Shown here one piece after another: positions 1 through 8,607 of a stretch of 64,000 nt of DNA; within the stretch, counting starts at the first letter, position 1; every line of letters begins with the position of its first letter. The notes under the pieces were generated by a model, which ran no database searches, had not been told where the DNA came from, and saw nothing but the letters and a program-made list of their open reading frames with translations. Where the stretch lies: positions 558,001 through 622,000 of the forward strand of contig CBFFSA010000002.1 of NCBI GenBank assembly GCA_965644495.1, written 5' to 3'. The translations under genes were made by a program, and so were the position numbers. Source of the DNA: Perkinsela sp. CCAP 1560/9 (Eukaryota > Protista > Euglenozoa: Kinetoplastea).

Positions 1-77
1 AATATGAGACAACTGACGCACGAACCCGTGCAAGGTGGATCTCCCAGTGTGGCACGGGAGCGAGCAGCTGGGCCTTT

Positions 78-800
78 GTGACTCCTTCGAAAGACCTTGG
101 GCACGCCTTTACCCCCACACAATTCCGAACTTTGGCCCGTTGGTGGTTAGGCGTGGACATCTACCATGAAGATAGCACGTGCCCCATGCCGAAATGCTCG
201 CTCCCCCTTGACAGCAAAGGGGACCATGCACTGTCTTGCAAACATGGCCATGGTATTGTGACCAGGCACAACGCTGTTACGGACCAGTTCACGGACGTGT
301 GCAGTCGATCCCGCCTCGCCCCTCAACGAGAAAAGAGTCTCGGGAACAGGGGCCCAGGTGGGGCCCTCACTAGACCTGGCGACATATACTTGCCCAGCCT
401 TTTTCTTGGAAATCCCATTGTGCTTGACTTCGCGGTCACCCATGCTCAGCAATTAAAATATACGGACAAAGTCCGAAACGCTAGCTGGGTTGCCGCGGGG
501 TCATTTGCCGAACATTATTCCTCAATGGAGAAGGGCAAGCAGCGTCGAGAAGCCGTAGAAGCAGGATGCGACTTTACGGCCATGGTGGTCGAAAGTTATG
601 GCGCCTGGAGCCCCAGCGCTTCAGCCGTGCTCCGAAAAGTCGGTGAGAGGTGTTCGCACGCCTCGGGGGGTCTACTTTCGGAAGGTGAGGCAACGAGCCG
701 AATCTTCGCTGAACTAAACATAACCCTTATGCGCTTTCAAGCGCGCATGATGGTTGCTCGTTCACCTTCCGAAGACCCCATCGCAACTCTGGAGGAATAG
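78..800 (+). CDS. C-terminal CCHC + restriction-like endonuclease (RLE) domain of the retrotransposon polyprotein (5' end outside the window)
   Basis: Clearly paralogous to the C-termini of ORFs 6071-8431 and 11830-12432. Confidence 0.88.
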   Translation: MTPSKDLGHAFTPTQFRTLARWWLGVDIYHEDSTCPMPKCSLPLDSKGDHALSCKHGHGIVTRHNAVTDQFTDVCSRSRLAPQREKSLGNRGPGGALTRPGDIYLPSLFLGNPIVLDFAVTHAQQLKYTDKVRNASWVAAGSFAEHYSSMEKGKQRREAVEAGCDFTAMVVESYGAWSPSASAVLRKVGERCSHASGGLLSEGEATSRIFAELNITLMRFQARMMVARSPSEDPIATLEE

Positions 801-821
801 CCTCCAGAGCGGCCCGAGGCC

Positions 822-923
822 GATCGAGCCGACAGTGCCTATCCTCACGCCTCGCTTTCACGAGCAAGGTACCCCAATGTGAGACAGGTATGGATTCGGA
901 ATGTTCATCCGAATCCGGCGATC
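822..923 (+). ncRNA. Conserved structured 3'-UTR RNA motif 1 (other copies at 2915-3013, 12387-12477, 12513-12617)
   Basis: Stems CTCAC/GTGAG vs CTCGC/GCGAG and GCCTCGC/GTGAGGT vs GCCTAGCCC/GGGCTAGGT covary; conserved YCCCAR linker and AC(A/G)G junction. Confidence 0.7.
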
Positions 924-932
924 AAAACCCAA

Positions 933-1041
933 CTTCGTGACCGTGCCGCTGTCGGCACATGCCCGCGCCTGCGCCTTCCCGTATAACAAGGGAAGGGTTC
1001 CCAAGCCAGGCCGTGGAGAGGTCGAGAGACCCGGTCCGAAG
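933..1041 (+). ncRNA. Conserved structured 3'-UTR RNA motif 2, multi-way junction (second copy 12622-12732)
   Basis: GTGCCG/CGGCAC vs GTGTCG/CGACAC; GGTC-GAGA-GACC vs GGTC-GAAA-GACC (GNRA loops); closing stem CTTCG/CGAAG vs GTTTCG/CGGAAC. Confidence 0.7.
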
Positions 1042-1319
1042 CGCGCACTGCTGGAAGAAGGAGTGGAGCACGCGCGGATTGATTTCTGGGGGGAAGTGAG
1101 GGAAAGCGGAGGGCAAAGTTTGGAAGGCGCGGATGGATGCTCGGGGGGGGGGAAGTGAGGGAAAGAAGCGGGTGAAGTCGGGAAGTCGCGGATGGTTTCT
1201 TTGGGGGGGGGGGGGAGAAGGGAGAGAAGCGGGCGAAGTTGATAAGGGCGAAGTAAAGTAAGTAGGAAAGTAAGTAAGAAAGTGATACCGTACATTTATA
1301 GAAAGTTAAAAAAAAAAAT

Positions 1320-1355
1320 CTTTAACGATAAAGATACAGTTTCTGTACCTTGTTG
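1320..1355 (+). other. Spliced-leader (mini-exon)-like sequence, copy 1
   Basis: CTTTAACGATAAAGATACAGTTTCTGTACCTTGTTG; contains the kinetoplastid/diplonemid SL core ACAGTTTCTGTAC and ends in TTG. Confidence 0.88.
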
Positions 1356-2066
1356 AATTATTTCTCCTTTTCTTTCCTACAACATCTTCTGGACCATGGG
1401 AGGGCACCCCCCTCAAATTCTCACTCTGTTGCCGGCAACCCTCCTCCCTCTCTCATCCCATCATCCCCTCGCGTCATGTCTCCCCACCTCTTCCTCCCGC
1501 CTCTGCGCGCTCGTTGTTCTTCTGTCTTTCTCTCTTGCGTCCCCCACCCCCGTGCCAGCAGCCCAAAGTATTGTATACTTGCTCACGGGGTGGGGGCAGA
1601 GTTCCAGACGGATGGGCTGCGGCGTCGTTTTCCCTCGTCTCCGCGTCCGTCCCGCCATGTCCCTCTTCCCGCTTTTTGCCCTTGGCGCGACGGCGTCTTT
1701 GCGCTTCGTTACCTCCACGTCTCCCACCCTCGTACAGCAACTCAAAGTATCTGATACTGCTAACGGGGTGGGAGCGGAGGTCACCTCCACATCTCCCACC
1801 CTCGTACAGCAACACAAAGTATCTTATACTGCTAACGGGGTGGGAGCGGAGGCTCTGGACCACATGGGCGCTCGCGCGGACGAGTCGGTATAGGGTAGGG
1901 GGTAAGGACGGGGATGGATGAGAGGGTTAAGGGAAAGTGTGGAAAGTGGGGAGTAAGTACGGTGAAGTGGGGAGAGTAAGTACGGTGAAGTGTGAAAAGT
2001 GTGCGAAAGTGTTCGAAAAGTAGATAAAAACGTTAAACTCAATACTATCCCCCCCCCAAAAAAAAA
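1320..2066 (+). mobile_element. Non-autonomous SL-headed unit 1 (no RT; three repeated long hairpins; purine-rich tail, C9-A9 end)
   Basis: SL head; repeats near 1541, 1720 and 1792 (CCCACCC(C/T)CGT..AGCA..GTAT-nnn-ATAC..TGCT..ACGGGGTGGG); ORF 1396-1893 has no recognisable domain. Confidence 0.7.
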
Positions 2067-2067
2067 G

Positions 2068-2103
2068 CTTTAACGATAAAGATACAGTTTCTGTACCTTG
2101 TTG
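2068..2103 (+). other. Spliced-leader-like sequence, copy 2
   Basis: Identical 36-mer following A9-G. Confidence 0.88.
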
Positions 2104-2143
2104 AATTATTTCTTTTTCCTTTCTCTACTACGTTTTCTGTTTT

Positions 2144-2887
2144 ATGACAGAATCTTTTCCTTGCAGCGAGGATGACTACGAATCTGATTGCAATCTCTCT
2201 GAGCCGTTCGACCCAGGGGACACAGGCACATCTTATGAGGAAGACATCGCATACTATGGTGAACCGGTTTTTCCTCTCTCGCGACGCCTGGCACATTACG
2301 CCAGTAGGAATTGTAACAGACTGGAGGATTGGGTTTGGAATCCTTTCGAGCCACCTCTTTCTGGGGAGACGACTTACGCGTTGTGGTGCGACGACGCTTA
2401 CCACACACTCTCAAGGATTCATACCCAATCCTTGGACCTTTGCCACCTCCTCCTCAGTGAACTTAGAGGTTCCGGGCGTGCCCATCGAAATCTCGCCAAT
2501 GATCTTTTGTGTGAGCTGCCCAGCGCCAAAATACCATTCCCCGCAGAACATACGAACGAGGCTCTAATAAGCATCTGGTATGAGAATGCCATGGATGCCG
2601 TTGGAGAGACCGTATGTTTATTAGAATCCTTCATGGAGAGGGTCGATAAGCTTCGCGTGTCGACTGGTCACCTGAAGACAACGGAGGTTCCTCTGCACCT
2701 AGTAGGCCCGAAAGCCGTCATGGCGATTAGGACCCAGCGGGCGGGTACGTTTACCTTCGACCGGGTAGATGAAGTTACTAATCTCAATCAAAAAATGTGT
2801 AACCTCTCAGCTAACTCGGTGTCAGCGGGCGGCCATGTCAACAAGAACGCGCGAAAGCGGGCAGAACGTCGAAGGACAGGCCGGTAA
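2144..2887 (+). CDS. Hypothetical 247-aa protein (acidic N-terminus, basic NLS-like C-terminus)
   Basis: Uninterrupted ORF starting at the first ATG, 40 nt after the SL; no domain recognised. Confidence 0.65.
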   Translation: MTESFPCSEDDYESDCNLSEPFDPGDTGTSYEEDIAYYGEPVFPLSRRLAHYASRNCNRLEDWVWNPFEPPLSGETTYALWCDDAYHTLSRIHTQSLDLCHLLLSELRGSGRAHRNLANDLLCELPSAKIPFPAEHTNEALISIWYENAMDAVGETVCLLESFMERVDKLRVSTGHLKTTEVPLHLVGPKAVMAIRTQRAGTFTFDRVDEVTNLNQKMCNLSANSVSAGGHVNKNARKRAERRRTGR

Positions 2888-3108
2888 AGGCACCTGGGAA
2901 AGTCCTCGGGGGTTGATCGTGCTGACGGGGCTAATTCTCGCGCCTCGCTTTTACGAGTGAGGTTCCCAGTGCGAGGTAAGTGGGTTTCGAAGTTGTTTCC
3001 GGACCCGGCGATCTGCACCTTGCTTAGTGATCTTCTTGCGCGAATGACTTGGAGGTCGTGGGGAAGTGGAAAAGGAGAGGGGGTAGGGGAAAAAGTTAAG
3101 CGGAAAAC

Positions 3109-3168
3109 GGGTAAAGGGAAAGTGGGTAAAGGGAAAGTGGGTAAAGGGAAAGTGGGAAAAGGAAAGTG
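3109..3168 (+). repeat. (GGGTAAAGGGAAAGT)n 15-bp tandem repeat in the purine-rich tail
   Basis: Three exact copies plus one degenerate copy. Confidence 0.85.
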
Positions 3169-3414
3169 AATAAGTGGAAAGTCGTTAACGGGAAAGCGGG
3201 TAGGTGGAAACGCGTTAACGGGAAAAAGTGGGTAAGATACGGGAATGTTAAGAAATGAAGTAGGAAAGTCGTAGTAGTATAAAAGAAAAGTTAGAATTCG
3301 TACTCAAAAAAAAAAAAAAAAAAGTATAACCACAATACCAGCGCCACTTCGAATTTCCTGAGAACTAACCATACTCTTAATAGAAGCATCCGTATATATC
3401 TGCAAAAAAAAAAT

Positions 3415-3472
3415 CTTTAACGATAAAGATACAAAAAAAAAACGATAAAGATACAGTTTCTGTACCTTGTTG
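3415..3472 (+). other. Spliced-leader-like copy 3, interrupted by A10 flanked by a 12-bp duplication
   Basis: CTTTAA-CGATAAAGATAC-A10-CGATAAAGATAC-AGTTTCTGTACCTTGTTG. Confidence 0.88.
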
Positions 3473-3514
3473 AATTATTACCTTTTTCTTTCATTAATCA
3501 ATTACAAGACACCA

Positions 3515-4765
3515 ATGAATGACCCTCGATCAGGGGGGAAGCTCTGGTGTTGCCACTGTGGCACGCGTTTCGTCCCACAGAGCCCCTCCCATCGCTTTTG
3601 TGTGAAATGTTCACCCAAATTCGTACCCCCTCCTGCACAACCTGTTATCAGGTCGTATTCTCCGTTCAAGACTTCCGCGCCGAAATCTGTTTCCTCCCTT
3701 ACCGTGGCCCACAAAAAAATATGTGTAGCTTGCTCTGCCCCCTTTTCCCCTGCCAGACCATACTTCCGGTGGTGTGAGACATGCTCGCTATCCTTTTCAA
3801 ACGCTCCGTCGGCGTCGAAAACGTGCGAACTATGCGCTTCCTCGTTTTCTCCTTCGCGCCACTACTTTAAACGCTGCGATGAGTGTGATATGCTACCCGC
3901 ACAAAAACGTACCATCGCCTCTTCTCCCAAACCCTCTCACGGTGGGGGTTCGATACTCCCACTTCGTTCCACTGCGCCTTTCAAAGGATCTCACCGACGC
4001 AGTACCTACGCTCAAGCGGTTGGATCACATGGCAGCGACCGCCCGACATCCGCACCTACTCATCTTGGCGCAAATTCAAACGAGCCTAAATCGGACCAGT
4101 ATCGCCCGCTTTCTCTAGAAGAGCGCCTATCCTTAATCGACAAGGCTCAGAAGGAGTCTCAGCCCCAGAGTTCAAAAAGAACCCGTGCGCCCAATGAAGG
4201 ATTCTTGGGGTACATCGCAGCGTGCTCGGAAGCACAGAAGTTTTCCTCGGCGGTGACACAGCTTCTTGCACAGGAGGAACTAGCCCGACACAAGATTTGC
4301 ATAGCAAATCTACAAGTCATAAAGCAGTACTACATTGCCTTGACCCGTAAACTTTCCATCACCAAAAAACAAGGACACGTATGCTCTAAATGTACGAAGC
4401 AGTTTATGGACGCTTCCCTTCTAAACGAGCACCAGCAAACCCATCTTGAGCACGACATCAAGAGGGCCTTCCGATTAGCTCTAGAAGAGAGGGAGAAGAC
4501 CATCCTAGAAGAGAGTAAAGCATTTGAGTCAGTTTTGCTACCCATGGTACGGTACTCTGGCCAATCAGCCCTACGAAACCCCCCCTTCCCTCCTCGAGAA
4601 ATTTGCGACATTCCCATAGAGGAATGGATGGACGACGACGACGTCGAGCAAGAACCAGGAGATACTAGCGTGGACGTCCACCTTCGCTTTTGCCCGAACT
4701 CCGTCACAAGTATTCGAATAAACCAGTTATCTCAGAACCATCCCCTGCAATTTGCACAGTCTTGA
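3515..4765 (+). CDS. ORF1 of unit 3: three CxxC..F.P..CxxC zinc ribbons and a C2H2 finger
   Basis: CCHC..FVP..CVKC, CVAC..FSP..CETC, CELC..FSP..CDEC, CSKC..F.....L..H...H; first ATG 42 nt after the SL. Confidence 0.8.
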   Translation: MNDPRSGGKLWCCHCGTRFVPQSPSHRFCVKCSPKFVPPPAQPVIRSYSPFKTSAPKSVSSLTVAHKKICVACSAPFSPARPYFRWCETCSLSFSNAPSASKTCELCASSFSPSRHYFKRCDECDMLPAQKRTIASSPKPSHGGGSILPLRSTAPFKGSHRRSTYAQAVGSHGSDRPTSAPTHLGANSNEPKSDQYRPLSLEERLSLIDKAQKESQPQSSKRTRAPNEGFLGYIAACSEAQKFSSAVTQLLAQEELARHKICIANLQVIKQYYIALTRKLSITKKQGHVCSKCTKQFMDASLLNEHQQTHLEHDIKRAFRLALEEREKTILEESKAFESVLLPMVRYSGQSALRNPPFPPREICDIPIEEWMDDDDVEQEPGDTSVDVHLRFCPNSVTSIRINQLSQNHPLQFAQS

Positions 4766-7700
4766 TCTCAACTGCACTATCGGACAACTTGCCGGTACCT
4801 CTGTGAGCGCAGCACTTCAGTGTGCTCCTCAATCTAGTACGATCCCAGGCAATAGGACAGCAGTTTTCACCCACCCAACGGGGCGAACCCTTATTGCCAT
4901 CCCTCGAACCACTCCCCCTGACCGGTGCCCTTTCGCCCTCTGCAATCAAATTGGTATCGACACGGAATTTGCCACTGCGTGGAAAGAAATTCCTTCCCCG
5001 GACGGACCGCTCTGGTGTTTCGCCCCGACGCGAGACCTAATTGCTCAATCTGGATGGAGCAAAACACAAATCGATATCGGTCTTATGCGAGGGGGGGTGG
5101 AATGGAACCCAGGCCCTCAATACGTAGCCCGAAACTCAATCCCACCCACCCACGAGCTGGAAGCTAATACAGGATGGACCCAGCGCTCCGCGCAGATGGA
5201 ACTCTTTCGTGGGGGTATAGAACAAAATCCGGGCCCTAAAAACTCGTACTCGGCTCACCGCTCCGTTCTGCTCCAGTCTAACAGCGTCAATGCTGCTACA
5301 CTTTCGAATTTATTGCCTACCGAGACCCGAGAATGCCCGGCCGAAGGCTGCTCCTGGAGCTCAGCGTCTCATGGAGGTCAATGGCAGGCATATTTCAACC
5401 ACGTGGCCCTTCGGCACAGTGATACCGTTTCCGAAGATTGGTGGACATCCCATGGAAGGTTCCTTTGCTCTTCTTGCAGGAAAAACTACGACCTAGCCAA
5501 GAAAACCTCCCACCTCGGCTCATGCCCCGCAGGCACCGACCCTCCTGCTGCCTCTCCCATTGATCCTCAGGTTTCATCACCAGACCACCTTAGGGAGTCG
5601 CCTACCGACTTACCGTCCCTTCGCACCATATGCAGTACCCCGATGAACACCTGTAAAAATGTCCCTTATCGATGTCGGCAACTGTGGGCCTCAGTGCTGA
5701 CAGATGTCCTCTACTAAGCGGTGAAGGACAACACCGTAACCGCCTGGACGTTGTTAGCCATGCTGCCGAAATGTGTACTCCCTGCACCCCACCGCGTCGG
5801 TCGAAAGGGTCACACATCATATTCTAATCATGTAAAGGGGTCGCTTCTGCGGTGGCAGTCAGGGGAATATGCCTCCCTCTGGAAGAATGCGGAGAGCGAC
5901 TTCCTAAAGAAGCGAGACGTCTCCGCTCGCATAGGAATGACGCGAACAGAAGTTCGGGCAGATCTTCTCGCACGGCAAGGCGAACTTTCCCGAGCCATCA
6001 CAGCCCTCATCTCGTCCCCTTTGGCTCCGGACAACGCTGAGTCCCTCGCCAAATTTCAGAAAAAACATCCTTGTCGCCTTCCCACTCTAGCGCCACACAC
6101 GTTTCCCACCACAACAGAGATCCAGGAACACCGAAAAAGCTCCAGGTCACCGAAAAAGAGCTAGAGTCGGTTGTGAAATCCTTTCGTCGTTGCTCCTCGG
6201 GTGGCACCATGGGTCTCCGCCCGGAGCACATCCAAGAGGCCCTGCTGGTGAACATTGATTCAAAGACCAAGCCCCTCGCAGCCCTCACTGACCTTATTAA
6301 TCTCCTTCTGTCGGGTAAGGCTCACCTTGACTCCCACGAATATTTCGCCGGAGCTCGTCTCTGCGCACTGCAGAAAGGCGAACAGGACATCCGCCCAATA
6401 GCCGTAGGTGAAACTATTCGTCGCATCGCAAGCAAGGCAGCCTGTGCGGCAAGCAAGGCGAAAGCAAGTACGTTCTTTCAAGGACAGCAATACGGTGTTG
6501 CCACCGCCGCTGGAGCCGAGCGCATGATTCACCTGTGTCGTCAGACGGTAACCAAGTACGCTGATGATACCGATTTCGTCCTGTGCAAAGTTGACCTCTC
6601 AAACGCTTTTAATAACGTTTCAAGATCCGCCTTTCTTTCCTTGACTCAGGAGCATTTCCCGAACCTCTCTAAATGGGTAGAATGGTGTTACGAAACGGAA
6701 AGCTATCTCACTTTCGGACAACACATAGTGCACTCCGCAGAAGGCGTTCAGCAAGGTGACCCCTTGGGGCCACTCCTTTTTTCCCTGGTAATCCGTCACC
6801 TCGCGGAGATCATCAACGCCGAGCTTCCCGAAGAACTCTTCCTGCATGTCTGGTACCTTGACGATGGAGTCCTCGCCGGAAAGGCAGCACTCGTCAAGCA
6901 AGCCCTCGACATCATCGCACGGGAAGGTCAACAACTCGGACTCCTTCTTAACACTCATAAGTGTGAATTGATTTTAAAGCCTCCATCCGCACACCGCGTC
7001 GCACTATTCCCTGAGATCCCGCAACAGAGAATCCTCCGCGACGGTAATTTCAGCATCCTCGGCAGCCCGGTGGGATCCGCGCAATACTGTAGTGACTACC
7101 TCCGGGAACACGCCTTGGCCCCAGCATTGTCCACACTCAGCGCTATAAAGAAAATCGACGACCCCCAAGTAGCACTAACCCTCATCCGCCAATGTTCTGG
7201 CTTTTGCCAGCTCGTCTTCTCCCTCCGAGCAACACCTACCAAACCCTTATTAGACCTATGCTCAAGCCTCGACACCGCGGTGATACAAGCATTAGAAGAC
7301 GCGCTTTGCTCACTCAATCCTCCCGGACGCGTCCAGGCTCAGAGCAGAAAGGAATATGGCGGCTTCGGTCTTCACTCCTCGTCTCTCTTCTGCTCAGCAG
7401 CATACGTTTCCTCTGTCTCTTTCGCAGCGAGCCAAGACGGATGGGACGCGCTGGATGCAGAAGGTTTCCGCGAGGCAATGGCCCACGTAAACGAACTGTC
7501 CGACAAACCCCTCATCGACGTACATACAGGGTACCTCTCACCAGAGGATCCAGAGTCCCCACCGGCAAGTCCAACTCCGCCTAAGCAACAAACCATTTCT
7601 CGAGCAATAGCCGCCCGAGAATTCTACCGCGCGCTCGAGGCTGCTGATCAGGAAACGAGAGCGAGATGGCTCTCTCAAAGCGGGGAAGCGGCCGCAAACT

Positions 7701-8431
7701 GGGCCTTTGTCCTCCCATCCAAAGAGCTGGGGTACGCCCTTACCCCTACGGAGTTCCGCGCCCTGGCACGCTGGTGGCTCGGGGCAGACGTCTACGACAC
7801 CCCCCGCCCTTGCCCTATGGACAAGTCTAACCAACCGCTAGGATCTGATGGCCAGCATGCCCTCGCATGCAAAAGCGGCTACGGCCTCATCTCCCGGCAC
7901 AACGCCCTTGTCGAGCACTTCTGCGACGTGTGCACCAAGGCACACCTCGCCCCGCAACGAGAGGTCAGTCTAGGCAACCACGGCCCGGGCGGCGGCCCCA
8001 CCAGACCAGGCGATGTCTTCCTCCCAAACTTTGGCCTAGCTACCGGTTTGGTATTGGACTTCTGCGTAACTCACGTTCAGCAACCTACATATACGAACTC
8101 AGTCCGAGGCGCTAACGTGGGAAACGCAGGATCCTTTGCCGAACGGTACGCTACGGCACACAAACGTTTGGAGCGCCTCGAGGCCGAATCCCAAGGGTAT
8201 AGATTCACCGCGATGGCGGTGGAATCCTTCGGGTCCTGGTCGGAGAGCGCGCGGGGAATTCTCCGAGAAGTTGCCGAGCGCCGCTCAGCTGCTTCGCAGG
8301 GCACACTTTCGCGTGGAAAGGCCTTCCAACGCCTCCTCACGGAAATGAACGTGACCCTTATGCGAGCCCAAGCGCGCATGTTGGTACTCCGGATGCCCGC
8401 AGAAAACCTGCGTCCTTCGTTGCGCATGTAA
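4752..8431 (+). pseudogene. ORF2 of unit 3: 2A-like motifs, zinc fingers, RT, CCHC, RLE; in-frame TAA at 5715-5717 and a frameshift near 6130
   Basis: ORFs 4752-5717, 5721-6164 and 6071-8431 are collinear with the unit 4 protein. Confidence 0.9.
5091..5237 (+). other. Two 2A-like (StopGo) motifs, GGVEWNPGP and GGIEQNPGP
   Basis: 5091-5117 and 5211-5237; match (V/I)ExNPGP with G in place of the consensus D. Confidence 0.72.
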
Positions 8432-8535
8432 GGACGCGTAAAGTGTGGAAGTAAGTTGTTGTTGTTGTTGTTGTTGCTAGTAAGGACGCGTAAAAAAAAA
8501 GTATAATTAATATAGCTATTATAAAAAAAAAAAAA

Positions 8536-8571
8536 CTTTAACGATAAAGATACAGTTTCTGTACCTTGTTG
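8536..8571 (+). other. Spliced-leader-like sequence, copy 4
   Basis: Identical 36-mer directly after A13. Confidence 0.88.
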
Positions 8572-8607
8572 ACTTATTTTTCTTTCCCTATTTCTTTTAT
8601 CCGGACA

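Larger units (their letters stand above)
1..1318 (+). mobile_element. 3' part of a CRE/SLACS-clade non-LTR retrotransposon (unit 0), ending in a purine-rich tail and poly(A)
   Basis: ORF 78-800 has a CCHC knuckle (CPMPKC..H..C) and RLE motif RPGDIYLP..LDFAVTH..K..ESYG; structured 3' UTR; A11 at 1308-1318. Confidence 0.9.
2068..3323 (+). mobile_element. Non-autonomous SL-headed unit 2 carrying an orphan ORF
   Basis: SL head, 40-nt UTR, ORF, RNA motif 1 copy at 2915-3013, G/A-rich tail, A18 at 3306-3323. Confidence 0.75.
3415..8500 (+). mobile_element. Full-length CRE-clade non-LTR retrotransposon (unit 3), disrupted
   Basis: SL head, zinc-finger ORF1, RT (DLSNAFN, GVQQGDPLGPLLF, WYLDDG), CCHC, RLE, (GTT)n and poly(A). 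Confidence 0.92.

Noticed and set aside
985-1012. Twister ribozyme (GGTTCCCAAGCC resembles the twister L4 loop)
   Set aside because: Spacing and pseudoknot partners do not fit, and the second copy reads GTTCACAAGTC
5715-5717. Programmed read-through or alternative genetic code at the in-frame TAA
   Set aside because: The same element also has frameshifts, and other long ORFs terminate normally with all three stops; decay or sequencing error is simpler
1320-8571. SL copies as functional SL RNA genes
   Set aside because: No GT donor, SL intron, Sm-like site or T-tract terminator follows the exon in the four plus-strand copies
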